Virus record (IMG/VR): IMGVR_UViG_3300027996_000045
Location: 1-54,744 of that record
Origin: a virus
Taxonomy: Duplodnaviria; Caudoviricetes
DNA length: 54,744 nt
Reading direction: 5' to 3' (one strand)
Each line of letters begins with the position of its first letter. The stretch's first letter is position 1. The notes under the pieces are model-generated. The model searched no databases, had not been told where the DNA came from, and worked only from the letters and a program-made list of their open reading frames with translations. Both the position numbers and the translations under genes were made by a program. Of this stretch, positions 10,099-19,324 are shown one piece after another.

Positions 10099-10429
10099 AG
10101 CACACGATAACTCCTGTGAAAAAGGATGGTGGGACAAGTACGAGTCAGTTGACTCTGGAATTGTCGCCGACATCGTGTCTTCAAAACTAATGCTTGTCGT
10201 AACAGAGCTTGCAGAAGCTGTTGAAGAGATCAGGGACGCAAAGGGGTTCAACCAGACCTACTTGTCGATTGAAGGAAAACCTGAGGGGTTCCCAATCGAA
10301 GTTGCTGATGCCATGATTCGACTCTTTGACCTCTGCGGGTGGCTGGGCATCAACATCGAAAAAGCCGTCAAGACGAAGATGGAATACAACAAGAGCCGTC
10401 CTATCCGCCATGGGGGCAAGGTCATATGA
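10073..10429 (+). CDS. MazG-like nucleotide pyrophosphohydrolase
   Basis: ELAEAVEE...EVAD..IRLFDL...KMEYNKSR..RHG pattern. Confidence 0.85.
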   Translation: MKIQEAVYKAHDNSCEKGWWDKYESVDSGIVADIVSSKLMLVVTELAEAVEEIRDAKGFNQTYLSIEGKPEGFPIEVADAMIRLFDLCGWLGINIEKAVKTKMEYNKSRPIRHGGKVI

Positions 10430-12294
10430 GCGCTTTTACTTCTGACCTTAGCAATGTTTGCATTCACAAGTCTGGATGGCAGCTTCTTCCTAGCGGAGTC
10501 GAAATAACTCGCCTGCCGCTGTGGGACAAGGCCACCAAGGGATTTGCTCGCATGGGTCACTCGGTGGCCTATGAATGGTGCCAGTCCCACGGCATGAGGA
10601 TGGCTACTGCTGCGGAGATCCGAGAGATGTGGTCGGAGGCAGAAACCACCTACATCAAGCCCTACACGATGCCCACGATGTCGATGCTTAATTCCGATGG
10701 CATCAATACATCAAGCCAGTCCGATATTGACCGATACCGCAACGCTCACATGATGAGCTTCGAGTGGTGCAACAAGCACGATAGAGTTGTGCTCCAAATG
10801 GCAGAAGACGCAGAGTGGGAAGGCGACTCCTGCGTAGCCAACGCTGGGAAGCACTGGGTAAGCCCACCCGGAACTATCTTCGGTTGGCTGAAGCCAGATG
10901 GTTCACTTATCCAAAACGAAAGCCGCTTCCATGCATCCGATGGAACCTATGTCGACTACGCCACTACCGTTCACGCGATAAAGCTTGAAGAAGTTGACTT
11001 CGACGACCCCAAAGAAACCATCCCTGTAGCACCACATGTTTCACGTGGAACACTGGGCCAAGCGGTACTCGACCAAGCAATGGTTGACCTTAACGCTGGA
11101 ATTCATGAAGACAAAGGCCGTAACGACGGCAATCGAATTAGAGAATACCTGGCCCCGTGGAACCTACGCCCGCCTCAGAACTGGTGCTCAGTGGCCGTAG
11201 CAGCGTGGCTAAGGCAAGCTTGCAAGCTTCACGGACTCGAGCAGCCGATAGCAGGTTCTCCGGGCGCACAGGCGACCATGGCTCAGCTCAAGAAGGCTGG
11301 ACTGTGGACACCTGCAAGCAAGATCAAAGACGCAGACCTTCAAGCTGGCAACATCGTCATCTGGAGAAGACCACCCGCTACCTGGACGGGGCACATCGGA
11401 CTGCTTGAGCGCATGTCAGGCGGTGAGATGGTATGCATCGAAGGAAACAGCGGCTCTAAGGCGGACAGAGTGGCCCGTATGAGGCGCAGAATCGATGACC
11501 CGCTACTGCTAGGCATCGGACGGTTAGATGGCTACGAAGGGTACCCAATGCCTGTTGAGCACGTTCCTGCTGTCGAGCTACCGCACAGCGGAAGTGACCC
11601 ATTGAGCCTGGATGCGGACAACTTATACAGCAGATGGATGGGACTTGATGTCCTGATGGATCCTATCAGCATCATTGGCTACGTAGATGAAGAGCCAGAG
11701 TCAGAGTCAACCGGCATCGACATCAGCTCGTGGCAAAAGCCGGAAACAATGCACTGGGAGCAGATTAAGAAAGCACACTCTTTTGTTATCTGCAGAGCAA
11801 CCTACGGAACCAAAGTCGACAGCACGTTCCACAGCCACTGCGAGAACATCTCTAAACACGACTTGACCCTAGGAGCTTACCACTTCTTGCGCACCTCTCA
11901 AGACCTCGACGCTCAGATGGAGACCTTCATCCATGAGATTGAGTCGGTGGGATACGGAGCTTCAGAGATTCTTCCCGTTATCGACATCGAGAAGAACGAA
12001 CCTTACGACACGTGGGACCCAAGCAAAATTATGGACTACGCACACCACATGGCAGCGGAGCTGTCAGATAGATACGGCGGCGTCATTATCTACACCAACC
12101 CAAACGTCGATGCGATTCTAGGAAAGCCTAAGCTTTTCCGGTCGCACCATGTATGGATTGCACACTACGGAGTGTCATCGCCACGATGGGATGGCGAATG
12201 GATAATATGGCAGTCGAGTGGAAGCCACCAAGGCCCGGAGGCTGATGGCCCCATCGACTTCAACTTCGCAAAGAAGCTACCGCTCTGCGACTGA
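10426..12294 (+). CDS. Multidomain endolysin: unknown N-domain + CHAP + GH25 muramidase
   Basis: CHAP: NWCSVAV, GHIG, IEGN; GH25: GIDISSWQ, AYHF, DIE, WIAHY, WQ. Confidence 0.85.
   Translation: MSAFTSDLSNVCIHKSGWQLLPSGVEITRLPLWDKATKGFARMGHSVAYEWCQSHGMRMATAAEIREMWSEAETTYIKPYTMPTMSMLNSDGINTSSQSDIDRYRNAHMMSFEWCNKHDRVVLQMAEDAEWEGDSCVANAGKHWVSPPGTIFGWLKPDGSLIQNESRFHASDGTYVDYATTVHAIKLEEVDFDDPKETIPVAPHVSRGTLGQAVLDQAMVDLNAGIHEDKGRNDGNRIREYLAPWNLRPPQNWCSVAVAAWLRQACKLHGLEQPIAGSPGAQATMAQLKKAGLWTPASKIKDADLQAGNIVIWRRPPATWTGHIGLLERMSGGEMVCIEGNSGSKADRVARMRRRIDDPLLLGIGRLDGYEGYPMPVEHVPAVELPHSGSDPLSLDADNLYSRWMGLDVLMDPISIIGYVDEEPESESTGIDISSWQKPETMHWEQIKKAHSFVICRATYGTKVDSTFHSHCENISKHDLTLGAYHFLRTSQDLDAQMETFIHEIESVGYGASEILPVIDIEKNEPYDTWDPSKIMDYAHHMAAELSDRYGGVIIYTNPNVDAILGKPKLFRSHHVWIAHYGVSSPRWDGEWIIWQSSGSHQGPEADGPIDFNFAKKLPLCD
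11037..11052. promoter_or_regulatory. parS: parS-like centromere site
   Basis: TGTTTCACGTGGAACA, 15/16 match to the consensus TGTTTCACGTGAAACA. Confidence 0.7.
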
Positions 12295-12501
12295 CCAACT
12301 GCAGTTGCTGTCGATGCACTCCAGGTCAACCACGTTGCAGGCGAGATCGTAACCAGCAATCTTGTATCCAGGTATGAACTTCCTCAGCTTGGTCGACTCT
12401 TTTTGGTCGACACAGACCTCAATCTTGTACCTGGACACATCCGACACAGTGACAGCGCTTGAGTGACAACCAGCAATAGCGAGAAGAGATAGCCACTTCA
12501 T
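12277..12501 (-). CDS. Small lipoprotein
   Basis: MKWLSLLAIAGC lipobox; several Cys. Confidence 0.6.
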   Translation of the reverse strand: MKWLSLLAIAGCHSSAVTVSDVSRYKIEVCVDQKESTKLRKFIPGYKIAGYDLACNVVDLECIDSNCSWSVAER

Positions 12502-12716
12502 GACAAGAAGCGCTCCTTTCTCCTGCCGTTTGCATCGTACTCGATTATCATGATGTCCTGGTCATCAGGACGGAAGACCACTGCAATATCTCCAAACCAT
12601 GGTATATCAAGCGTCTTAGCCAGCCACTCGGCTGAACAATCTCCTGAATTCACAATCATTTTGCTTACTCCCTTGGGCGGGGGCCTTCGTTGGCCCCCGC
12701 TTTTTTTGTTTTTCAC
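12498..12716 (-). CDS. Hypothetical protein
   Basis: Coupled ORF in the - strand operon. Confidence 0.5.
   Translation of the reverse strand: MKNKKSGGQRRPPPKGVSKMIVNSGDCSAEWLAKTLDIPWFGDIAVVFRPDDQDIMIIEYDANGRRKERFLS
12677..12707 (+). terminator. Intrinsic terminator for the + strand late/lysis transcript
   Basis: Perfect 9-bp stem GCGGGGGCC-TTCGTT-GGCCCCCGC followed by T7, close to where the two gene blocks converge. Confidence 0.75.
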
Positions 12717-13012
12717 TTTGTTTTGTAGCGGGCCTGGCCCCGCTCTCCTTCCATCACAATCTTACCAGCATCACGAAGGCGCTGTATCGTTCTTGTAATG
12801 GAGGTAGAGGGGACTTGAAGAAGGTCGGCTATGTCCGACATGCTAAGACTCGAACTGCTTTTTTGAATAGCCTTTAAGACCATCCAGTCCTTGCCACCTT
12901 CTGGGGCTAGACGAGGAGCCCTTGACCGCAGAAACATCTCAAGAAGCTCCTCATCAGAAAGACTCTCACGCAAGAAGTCCGCTATCTGCTTGCGGTCTTC
13001 ATCAATGCTCAA
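12713..13012 (-). CDS. Winged-HTH DNA-binding protein
   Basis: LSMSDIADLLQVPSTSITRTIQRLRDAGKI. Confidence 0.7.
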   Translation of the reverse strand: MSIDEDRKQIADFLRESLSDEELLEMFLRSRAPRLAPEGGKDWMVLKAIQKSSSSLSMSDIADLLQVPSTSITRTIQRLRDAGKIVMEGERGQARYKTK

Positions 13013-13452
13013 AACGGAATGTCTTCCGGGTTAACCTTAGACGGTTGCTTGCTTTTATTCCTTAAGGCCATTGCTCTTCCCTTCATCTTTTGAGCAAAGT
13101 TCTGAAGCTGCACATCGTCCATTGGGTTGTTTAGCTTTGGACCTCCCGAGCGCGCTCGGTTAATCCAGCTAATTCGAGTTCTGCTTTCTCCGTTGTAGTT
13201 GTCCTCTTCTACTACGGCGACGAACTCCTCTGTACCAAGTCCCTCAAAAGCAACGAGTGACTCACCGTCCCAGCCTGCAATCATCAGGCTCTCAAGTGTT
13301 CTGTCCGTTGTTTTTTCAGTGAAGTAACCATACCAAGTCATTTGGCTACCGGTATCAATCATGTCTACCAGCATGGCTACCTGCTCGGTTCCGTTGTTGG
13401 TGTATCCTAAAGCAGCCGAAACTGCCTTTGCCTTGTAATATCCTGGTTCAAT
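13009..13452 (-). CDS. Putative ssDNA-binding protein (DUF669-like)
   Basis: PG.Y.AK N-terminus, acidic DIPF tail, adjacent to the Sak4-like gene. Confidence 0.75.
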   Translation of the reverse strand: MEPGYYKAKAVSAALGYTNNGTEQVAMLVDMIDTGSQMTWYGYFTEKTTDRTLESLMIAGWDGESLVAFEGLGTEEFVAVVEEDNYNGESRTRISWINRARSGGPKLNNPMDDVQLQNFAQKMKGRAMALRNKSKQPSKVNPEDIPF

Positions 13453-14333
13453 CATAGTTTTCCTTTCATCCAATCGATGAGTTTAGTTAGTTTTTGGTTG
13501 TCTGTTCCGGCACGCTTAAAAGCGTCCTGAGCCTTCTTTTTGTCGTCGCCTTTGAGCATCTTAATCATCTCCTCGGCATCCTTCTGGCGGTCAGCGCTGA
13601 CGTAGGACCATACCGTCTCCCAGTCCATGCTGATCTCTGGTGGCATATCGAAGCGGTTCTTGGCATCAAAACCAGCCCGCCTCTCCGTGTAAAGCACACG
13701 CTTGCCACTTGATATCCCCTTTGCTCGGTTGTCCTCCGTATGAAGAAGAGTCTCGAAGTTGGCAAAGAACACTGCATCCGGCCACTCCTTCAGAAGGCCT
13801 GACGCCTTGGCGTTGAGTTTTAGCTCGTACCGGTCATAGTCCTCACCGAGCGGGTTCTTGAAGTTGCGGATGTGCGCGTGGGCCAGCAGCACCACGTGCA
13901 TGTTCTTCTTGCTCCGAAGCTCGTCGAGCTTGTGAAGAAACCCTCGCCAGACGTCGAGCGCTGCAGCGTAGCCCTGGCCGTAAGGGTAGCTTGCTATTGT
14001 GTCGTGCTTGCGTCCCTTGTCGTCGCTGAACGTGCTGCAGACATGCTTCCAGAGAAGCGGCTCTGCCCAGTCCACGGTGTCAACCACAGCAGTCTTAAAG
14101 TCGTGGTCCTCCGCTATGAGTGTCTGAACAGCATCCAAGATGTCTTGGAAGGTCTTTGGCTCAGGGAATCGAGCGATGTCCAGCATCGATGTTCCGTCCT
14201 CTGCACCGATAAAGATCGGCTTCGGGCACTTGCTTGCCAAGTATGACTTCCCAACACCCTCTGGCCCGTAGACCGTTAGCCTTACCGGCCGGTCAAGCTT
14301 TCCACTTACAACGTTTTTCAAACTCATCCTCAT
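13452..14333 (-). CDS. Sak4-like AAA_24 ssDNA-annealing ATPase
   Basis: YGPEGVGKS Walker A, VVDTVDWAE, AKNR motif. Confidence 0.85.
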   Translation of the reverse strand: MRMSLKNVVSGKLDRPVRLTVYGPEGVGKSYLASKCPKPIFIGAEDGTSMLDIARFPEPKTFQDILDAVQTLIAEDHDFKTAVVDTVDWAEPLLWKHVCSTFSDDKGRKHDTIASYPYGQGYAAALDVWRGFLHKLDELRSKKNMHVVLLAHAHIRNFKNPLGEDYDRYELKLNAKASGLLKEWPDAVFFANFETLLHTEDNRAKGISSGKRVLYTERRAGFDAKNRFDMPPEISMDWETVWSYVSADRQKDAEEMIKMLKGDDKKKAQDAFKRAGTDNQKLTKLIDWMKGKL

Positions 14334-15304
14334 GATGACAACTCCTGGTGTTCCACTCTGTCTTTGTACTGCGTACCGTCAATTGAGTCCTCTCCTGAGC
14401 AAACAGGGAAGTACTCACACTCTTTGTTGAAGAGAAAGCAGCTGTTGGGGTTTCGCGGCCAGCGGTCGTTCTTCTTGCTGTCCGCAATCTGCTTTCCCGT
14501 ATGCCACAGGTCCAGGTTGGCTGCCTCTATCTCTTTTCCAAACCTCACCACGGTGGCCTGTCGGTAATAAGCCTCAGGTGACTCGGCTATTGCCTCCATA
14601 ACTCGGTGGAAAAACTCCGACGGCGTCTCGTCTTCTTTGCGCTGGTTTCCGTACAGACTTCCGTCTGCCTTGTACTTCCGCTTCTCCATTGCAGTGGCCT
14701 TTCTCGGCCGTAGCTTTGGCTTCTTAAGGACGTCGTAGATGCACCCCTGTGGCTCAAACCCAAGAACCGTTGCTCCGCGAAGGTAGTTGCTGATTTGGTC
14801 ATCCACGCGGAGCTTTGACCAGTAGGCGCTGCCAGCACCTATGTCCTCGCTTGATGTCTTGTGCTCCATGATGAACGTGCCTTCGCCCACTCGCACAATG
14901 GCGTCTATCTTCCCCCGGTGAACCCAGGTTCTACTGCGTGACATCGTCTCCGGGTTAAGCACCTTGTCTTTGTACTCAACCTCGACAGCTAGTATCTCGA
15001 TGTCCATCGGGTACCAGCGCTGCACATAACCGGTGACCATTGCCCTGCACCTAGCTACGTCATATGGGTCCGACAGCCCATCGATGGCGGCAAGCCCAGC
15101 TCTCAGGGCCTCTTCTTGCTCTCCCTTGCGCTGCTTCGTCTTCCAGATTGCCTCAAGCGCAAGATGGGTTGCTGTTCCAAAACGTAGCGCGCCTGACTTC
15201 TCTAGCCCTTCGCGCTTGTCTACGTATCTGTGCTTGTATTTACGCTGACAGCTTCTGTAGCAACGAATGCTACTTGACGTCAGCACGGCTAATGCTTTAC
15301 CCAT
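14330..15304 (-). CDS. PD-(D/E)XK Cas4/RecB-like exonuclease
   Basis: GKIDAI...EHKT, Q...Y motif, N-terminal Cys plus C-terminal Cys cluster. Confidence 0.85.
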   Translation of the reverse strand: MGKALAVLTSSSIRCYRSCQRKYKHRYVDKREGLEKSGALRFGTATHLALEAIWKTKQRKGEQEEALRAGLAAIDGLSDPYDVARCRAMVTGYVQRWYPMDIEILAVEVEYKDKVLNPETMSRSRTWVHRGKIDAIVRVGEGTFIMEHKTSSEDIGAGSAYWSKLRVDDQISNYLRGATVLGFEPQGCIYDVLKKPKLRPRKATAMEKRKYKADGSLYGNQRKEDETPSEFFHRVMEAIAESPEAYYRQATVVRFGKEIEAANLDLWHTGKQIADSKKNDRWPRNPNSCFLFNKECEYFPVCSGEDSIDGTQYKDRVEHQELSS

Positions 15305-15429
15305 ATGTGTGCACCTCCTGCGTGCATGTGGCCATCGACGTCCTTACTCCCGTCGATGGCTTTTTCTATTTGTTGAATTTTGGTTTCAAACCCCAAGGCA
15401 CTTTTTCAGAATTTGTTTTTGTAAGTACC

Positions 15430-15720
15430 TCAGTGGTACCTTCTAGGGTTCTCTGTGTAGTCCCTGAGCTTCTTCATCTGGGTCTCGCCAACCCCAGCTT
15501 GCCTTACTCCAGCCTGCTTTAGCTCGTTGCGCAGTCGCAATATCATGCCTGCAAGCATACTGTCACCTCGGATGATCCGCCCCACGGTCTGATAGCTTGT
15601 ATCCAGCAGCTCTGCTGCAACCCTGCCGTTGCCGCTGGCATCACGGTACGCATTCAAGATGCGCTCCCGCCCAGCCTGGGGGTCAGATATCAAAAGTGCC
15701 TTGAGTCTTGTTACGCTCAT
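15430..15720 (-). CDS. Fis-type HTH protein
   Basis: GNGRVAAELLDTSYQTVGRII. Confidence 0.6.
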   Translation of the reverse strand: MSVTRLKALLISDPQAGRERILNAYRDASGNGRVAAELLDTSYQTVGRIIRGDSMLAGMILRLRNELKQAGVRQAGVGETQMKKLRDYTENPRRYH

Positions 15721-15803
15721 GTCGATGCCACGCTCATGTCGATTTTTTTGACCTTCTCACACGCCGGCCCGTGGGTAAACCACAAAAAGCAACGGCGTTG
15801 TCT

Positions 15804-17915
15804 TTATTGCTCCGAAGACGCCCTCACGTACCAGGTCTCTCGTCCAGGGCCTGTTTCGCTTTTCAAGCGCTTCTTTTCGAGTCCAATGCGGCGAAGTATT
15901 TTCCCAATGCGCATCTGGTCGCTCCGTGTCACGCGGCCCATCTCGATGCCGAGCGCTTGCGTGAACACGTCTTCAACCCTCATTTTCTGCCTTGAGCCAG
16001 CCCATCGCTTCACAACCGTCTCCCAGACGTCCTCGTCGAACCGCTCCTCTTGGTGCACGCTGAACATTCGGGCAAAGCGCTGGTCTGGCCACCAGACCTC
16101 TCCAGACTCAAACCGAGCAACCGCTTCGGCCCATATCTGATACCGGTCTCGCTTCAGTGCTTCCCTGTCGATGAACTGCCCCTCTACCGCAACTTGAACT
16201 GGCCAGAACCGCCGGCCCCCTGTTGGGTCAGTCAGCCAGCTTTTCTCGTTCGTTGTTGCGACGATGACGCACTGCCTTGGAAACCTCACCACCTTGCGTG
16301 CGTAGCTCGGGCGGTACTCGTCCCAGCATTGGGTGATGAAAGACTTGATCCTCGTCTCTGCTGCACCCCTAAACGAGTCCAACTCGGCGACCTCGATGCC
16401 CCACTTGCCGCGCATAACCATCAGCGCATCCTTCTGCCGAATGTCTGGCAGAGAATCCAGAAACCAGTCACGGCCGAAAAGCATAGACATCGAGCTGCTC
16501 TTGCCGGCTCCCTGTCCGCCTTCTAAGACGAGCACATGGTCTGCTTTGACTCCAGGCCTCATAATTCGAGCAACGGCGCTCACAAGCCACGCACGCCCCA
16601 CCTCGGCCGTATATTCGCTCTGCTCTGCACCCAGGTAAGTCGACAGCCACTTGTCTAGTCGAATGGTGCCGTCCCACTTCAAGCTTTGTAGCCAGTCGCG
16701 AACTGGGTGGAACTCGTTATTTCTAGATACAGCATCGATGGCAAGCCACAGGCCGTCTCGTGTGAACTTTACGCCCTCGTGCTTGTGAGCCAGCCACTGC
16801 TGAACATATAGAACATGATCGTCTCGAAGCACGCCAAGGTCCGGTCTGCGATAGCTTGCAGCGATTAAAGGGGGCTGCTTGACCCACAGCGTTTCGGACA
16901 TGAACGAGTCATACGCAAGAGTACCTTTCCAGTCTGGGTGGTTGCTCAATATGACCACCGCGTTGCCTGGGTGACCAGTCAGCTTTCCTCTTCTGTTGTG
17001 GACGAGGGCTGTCTTCCACTCCTCTGATGGGTCATCCCCCTCTTTCCCGTCCTGTATCCACTGACCCAGTACTGGATCAGCAGGCTCGTACCTGCTGATA
17101 GACCATGCAATTTTCTTCACCTCGTCGTCGTCGAGAGGCGGCCTGCATCGCTGGGCGTTCTGAACAAGTAGAGCTGCTTCAATGGACTCACGGCTGAGCC
17201 CACGCCGACGCATCGTACCAGCGAGGGAGCTTAGTGCTACATTTCGTCGCTCGCCGATGAATGCGTTGAGCATCATTGGGTCGGGGTCGCTTGTGTCCCT
17301 TCTTGACCCTCCGCCCTTCTTGGCCTGCTCGCATAGCCTGAATAGCCACTCTGGAGCTTCGGTAACGTGGCCTTCGCCTTCTGCTACCTCAACCAACCCT
17401 TCCCAGTCGTAATGGTTTCCGCTCTTGTGACGACTTGGTGGAGCTACCACGTACCCGCCGTCACCTCGGACATCAAGCCCATCGGCAACCACCGATACGC
17501 TGCATGAAACGGCGCTCGGAACAGAGAAATAATGGTGGGAGCCTCCCCCGCCCGTCTTTACGCTGATGGTCTCAGCCCACTCCGGGTTCTCCATTAATTC
17601 AGCTAGGCTCTCGTCGCCGCCCTTGTCTGTGTCGACATCGAGGACCATGAGCCCGCCGCCTGTTCGGATGGCTATGTTGGACATGGGCCACTGTCTTATC
17701 CATTTCCTGACAGTATCCTCGTCAGTAGTGGCTCCCTTAAACCCGTCAGGCAGGCGAGGGTGTTTACCGGCCGCAGAGCAGTTGGTTTTCCCGCACGTGC
17801 ACCTTCCAGCCCAAACCGTGTGAAGGGGAAACACGCTCCAACCTCGCTGGATATATCCCAGCGCGCTTTCTAGCACTGCAGCTGCGTGAGCTGCAGCCAG
17901 GTCTGTCTCACCCAT
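15804..17915 (-). CDS. Bifunctional Prim-Pol + PriCT + VapE/VirE-type helicase
   Basis: GWSVFPL, CTC..GKHP, VLDVD, GGGSHHYF, DVRGDGGYVVAPPS; GGQGAGKSS Walker A; TG.RRFWP. Confidence 0.9.
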   Translation of the reverse strand: MGETDLAAAHAAAVLESALGYIQRGWSVFPLHTVWAGRCTCGKTNCSAAGKHPRLPDGFKGATTDEDTVRKWIRQWPMSNIAIRTGGGLMVLDVDTDKGGDESLAELMENPEWAETISVKTGGGGSHHYFSVPSAVSCSVSVVADGLDVRGDGGYVVAPPSRHKSGNHYDWEGLVEVAEGEGHVTEAPEWLFRLCEQAKKGGGSRRDTSDPDPMMLNAFIGERRNVALSSLAGTMRRRGLSRESIEAALLVQNAQRCRPPLDDDEVKKIAWSISRYEPADPVLGQWIQDGKEGDDPSEEWKTALVHNRRGKLTGHPGNAVVILSNHPDWKGTLAYDSFMSETLWVKQPPLIAASYRRPDLGVLRDDHVLYVQQWLAHKHEGVKFTRDGLWLAIDAVSRNNEFHPVRDWLQSLKWDGTIRLDKWLSTYLGAEQSEYTAEVGRAWLVSAVARIMRPGVKADHVLVLEGGQGAGKSSSMSMLFGRDWFLDSLPDIRQKDALMVMRGKWGIEVAELDSFRGAAETRIKSFITQCWDEYRPSYARKVVRFPRQCVIVATTNEKSWLTDPTGGRRFWPVQVAVEGQFIDREALKRDRYQIWAEAVARFESGEVWWPDQRFARMFSVHQEERFDEDVWETVVKRWAGSRQKMRVEDVFTQALGIEMGRVTRSDQMRIGKILRRIGLEKKRLKSETGPGRETWYVRASSEQ

Positions 17916-18066
17916 GTTTCTCCCTACCACAAATGTCTTCCCATGCGCGCTCTAGCGCCCATCTTACTGCAGGCAAGACGCTGTCTGGCTTTTCTAGCCA
18001 TCGTTGCACAGTTCGCACGCTGCAACCAACGGTTGCTGCAAGCATCGCTTTCTCGGATTCGCTCAT
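17908..18066 (-). CDS. Small Cro-like HTH protein (52 aa, not in ORF track)
   Basis: MSESEKAMLAATVGCSVRTVQRWLEK...; its stop overlaps the primase start region. Confidence 0.65.
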   Translation of the reverse strand: MSESEKAMLAATVGCSVRTVQRWLEKPDSVLPAVRWALERAWEDICGREKHG

Positions 18067-18074
18067 CCCATCAT

Positions 18075-18103
18075 TCATGTCAGATTGTCCGACATTTTGT
18101 CAA
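18075..18103 (-). promoter_or_regulatory. Promoter with overlapping operator
   Basis: TTGACA at 18103-18098; inverted repeat ATGTCAGA-TTG-TCCGACAT at 18077-18095. Confidence 0.55.
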
Positions 18104-18137
18104 TGCAATATTGTGTGCTCCTTAGCGTTTTCATGGC

Positions 18138-18374
18138 TTATTCTCCCAGCTGCTTCTTCTTCGCAGCGCACCACTGCGCCATCGAGTTTGCGCGGTGCAT
18201 CTCTTCAAGCGTCTTTGACACGTGTCCGCCAATCTTTTGCAGGCATTTGAGCAGCTCAGGGTACGAGCCGGGGTGCTCACCGAATGTTTTCTGGAAATCC
18301 GTCAGCCACAAGTCGCGCATCTCGCGCTTCATTGTCTCAAGCTGTGCAATTCTCTCCTCGAACGGATACCTCAT
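18138..18374 (-). CDS. Hypothetical protein
   Basis: GGAGG RBS; coupled ORF. Confidence 0.6.
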   Translation of the reverse strand: MRYPFEERIAQLETMKREMRDLWLTDFQKTFGEHPGSYPELLKCLQKIGGHVSKTLEEMHRANSMAQWCAAKKKQLGE

Positions 18375-18640
18375 GCTGCCTCCTTCAGATAACGCTGTAT
18401 AGCCAATATATACTCGCTGCGCTCCAGCTCGGCCTGGAAGTGCCTCACTTTCTCAAACTCGTCGTGCTCGTCGCTGCCGTCGAGTACGCTCTGAGGCACC
18501 AGCACGCTCGTGTCGACGTGGTGCCCTGTGATCGTAAACTCCCAGACTTTGCAGGTTGCTGCGCTCCACAGGAAGCGCCTGCGCTCGACACGTAACCGTA
18601 TCAGTTGGCCTACGCTGCTGACCCAGATGCTACGATGCAT
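18371..18640 (-). CDS. Hypothetical protein
   Basis: Likely start MHRSIW; coupled ORF. Confidence 0.5.
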   Translation of the reverse strand: MHRSIWVSSVGQLIRLRVERRRFLWSAATCKVWEFTITGHHVDTSVLVPQSVLDGSDEHDEFEKVRHFQAELERSEYILAIQRYLKEAA

Positions 18641-19043
18641 TGCACAGCTCCCGCGCTGTTTCGAGCCAGTCAAGCTGGTCCTCAATTGTGGACTGCTCGT
18701 CCGTGCCTCCGGGGGAGCCGTCAAGCAGCTCCTCCAGCACTTTGATGCGACCATCGACGCTCAGGTTGTCGAACCACGCGCGCAGCGCAGCCCAGCACTC
18801 GTCTCCGGTGAGCTTGACGCGGCCTTTGTTAATTGGCTCGCTGTGGTGGGCGTGCGAGTCGCAGCCACTGCCCGCGTCTGCAACGCAGCTGCCGTACTCG
18901 TAGAACGTGGCGTCCACGCCATCGCCAGTGACCCAGAACTGCCAGAGGCTGAACCCCCAGTCGTCCTCGCTCTCCAGGTGGTAGAGGTGGGCCATCTCGA
19001 CCCGGAGGTTGAGTTCTTTGTCGACGCTTTGAATGTAGATCAT
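18630..19043 (-). CDS. Hypothetical acidic protein
   Basis: GGAGG RBS; ATGA coupling. Confidence 0.6.
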   Translation of the reverse strand: MIYIQSVDKELNLRVEMAHLYHLESEDDWGFSLWQFWVTGDGVDATFYEYGSCVADAGSGCDSHAHHSEPINKGRVKLTGDECWAALRAWFDNLSVDGRIKVLEELLDGSPGGTDEQSTIEDQLDWLETARELCNAS

Positions 19044-19255
19044 GCTGCCTCCTCCTCTTTGATCATGCGCTTGGCCTCAGCCACGCTGGTCGGCCACCCC
19101 ATCGGCGACATGGTCGCGGTGTCCACCAGCGGCCCATCGACGCGGTAAAGCGTTACGGTCGCGCGGTAGCTGCGGTTGAAACACCGGCGAAACACGTCGC
19201 GGCTGGTGTTGGTCTCGGTGATGGTGTGGCCTTTGTAACTCGTGATCGTGCTCAT
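19040..19255 (-). CDS. Hypothetical protein
   Basis: GGGAG RBS; TTGACG upstream. Confidence 0.6.
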   Translation of the reverse strand: MSTITSYKGHTITETNTSRDVFRRCFNRSYRATVTLYRVDGPLVDTATMSPMGWPTSVAEAKRMIKEEEAA

Positions 19256-19324
19256 AGTCTTACTCCCTATACCTGCAATGTGTGTCTGTTATGATAACCG
19301 TCAAGGGGTTATCTTCAGAAAAAA

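Noticed and set aside
14330-15304. Cas4 as a CRISPR component
   Set aside because: It sits in a standard Sak4-SSB recombination module; stand-alone Cas4-like nucleases are common in phages.
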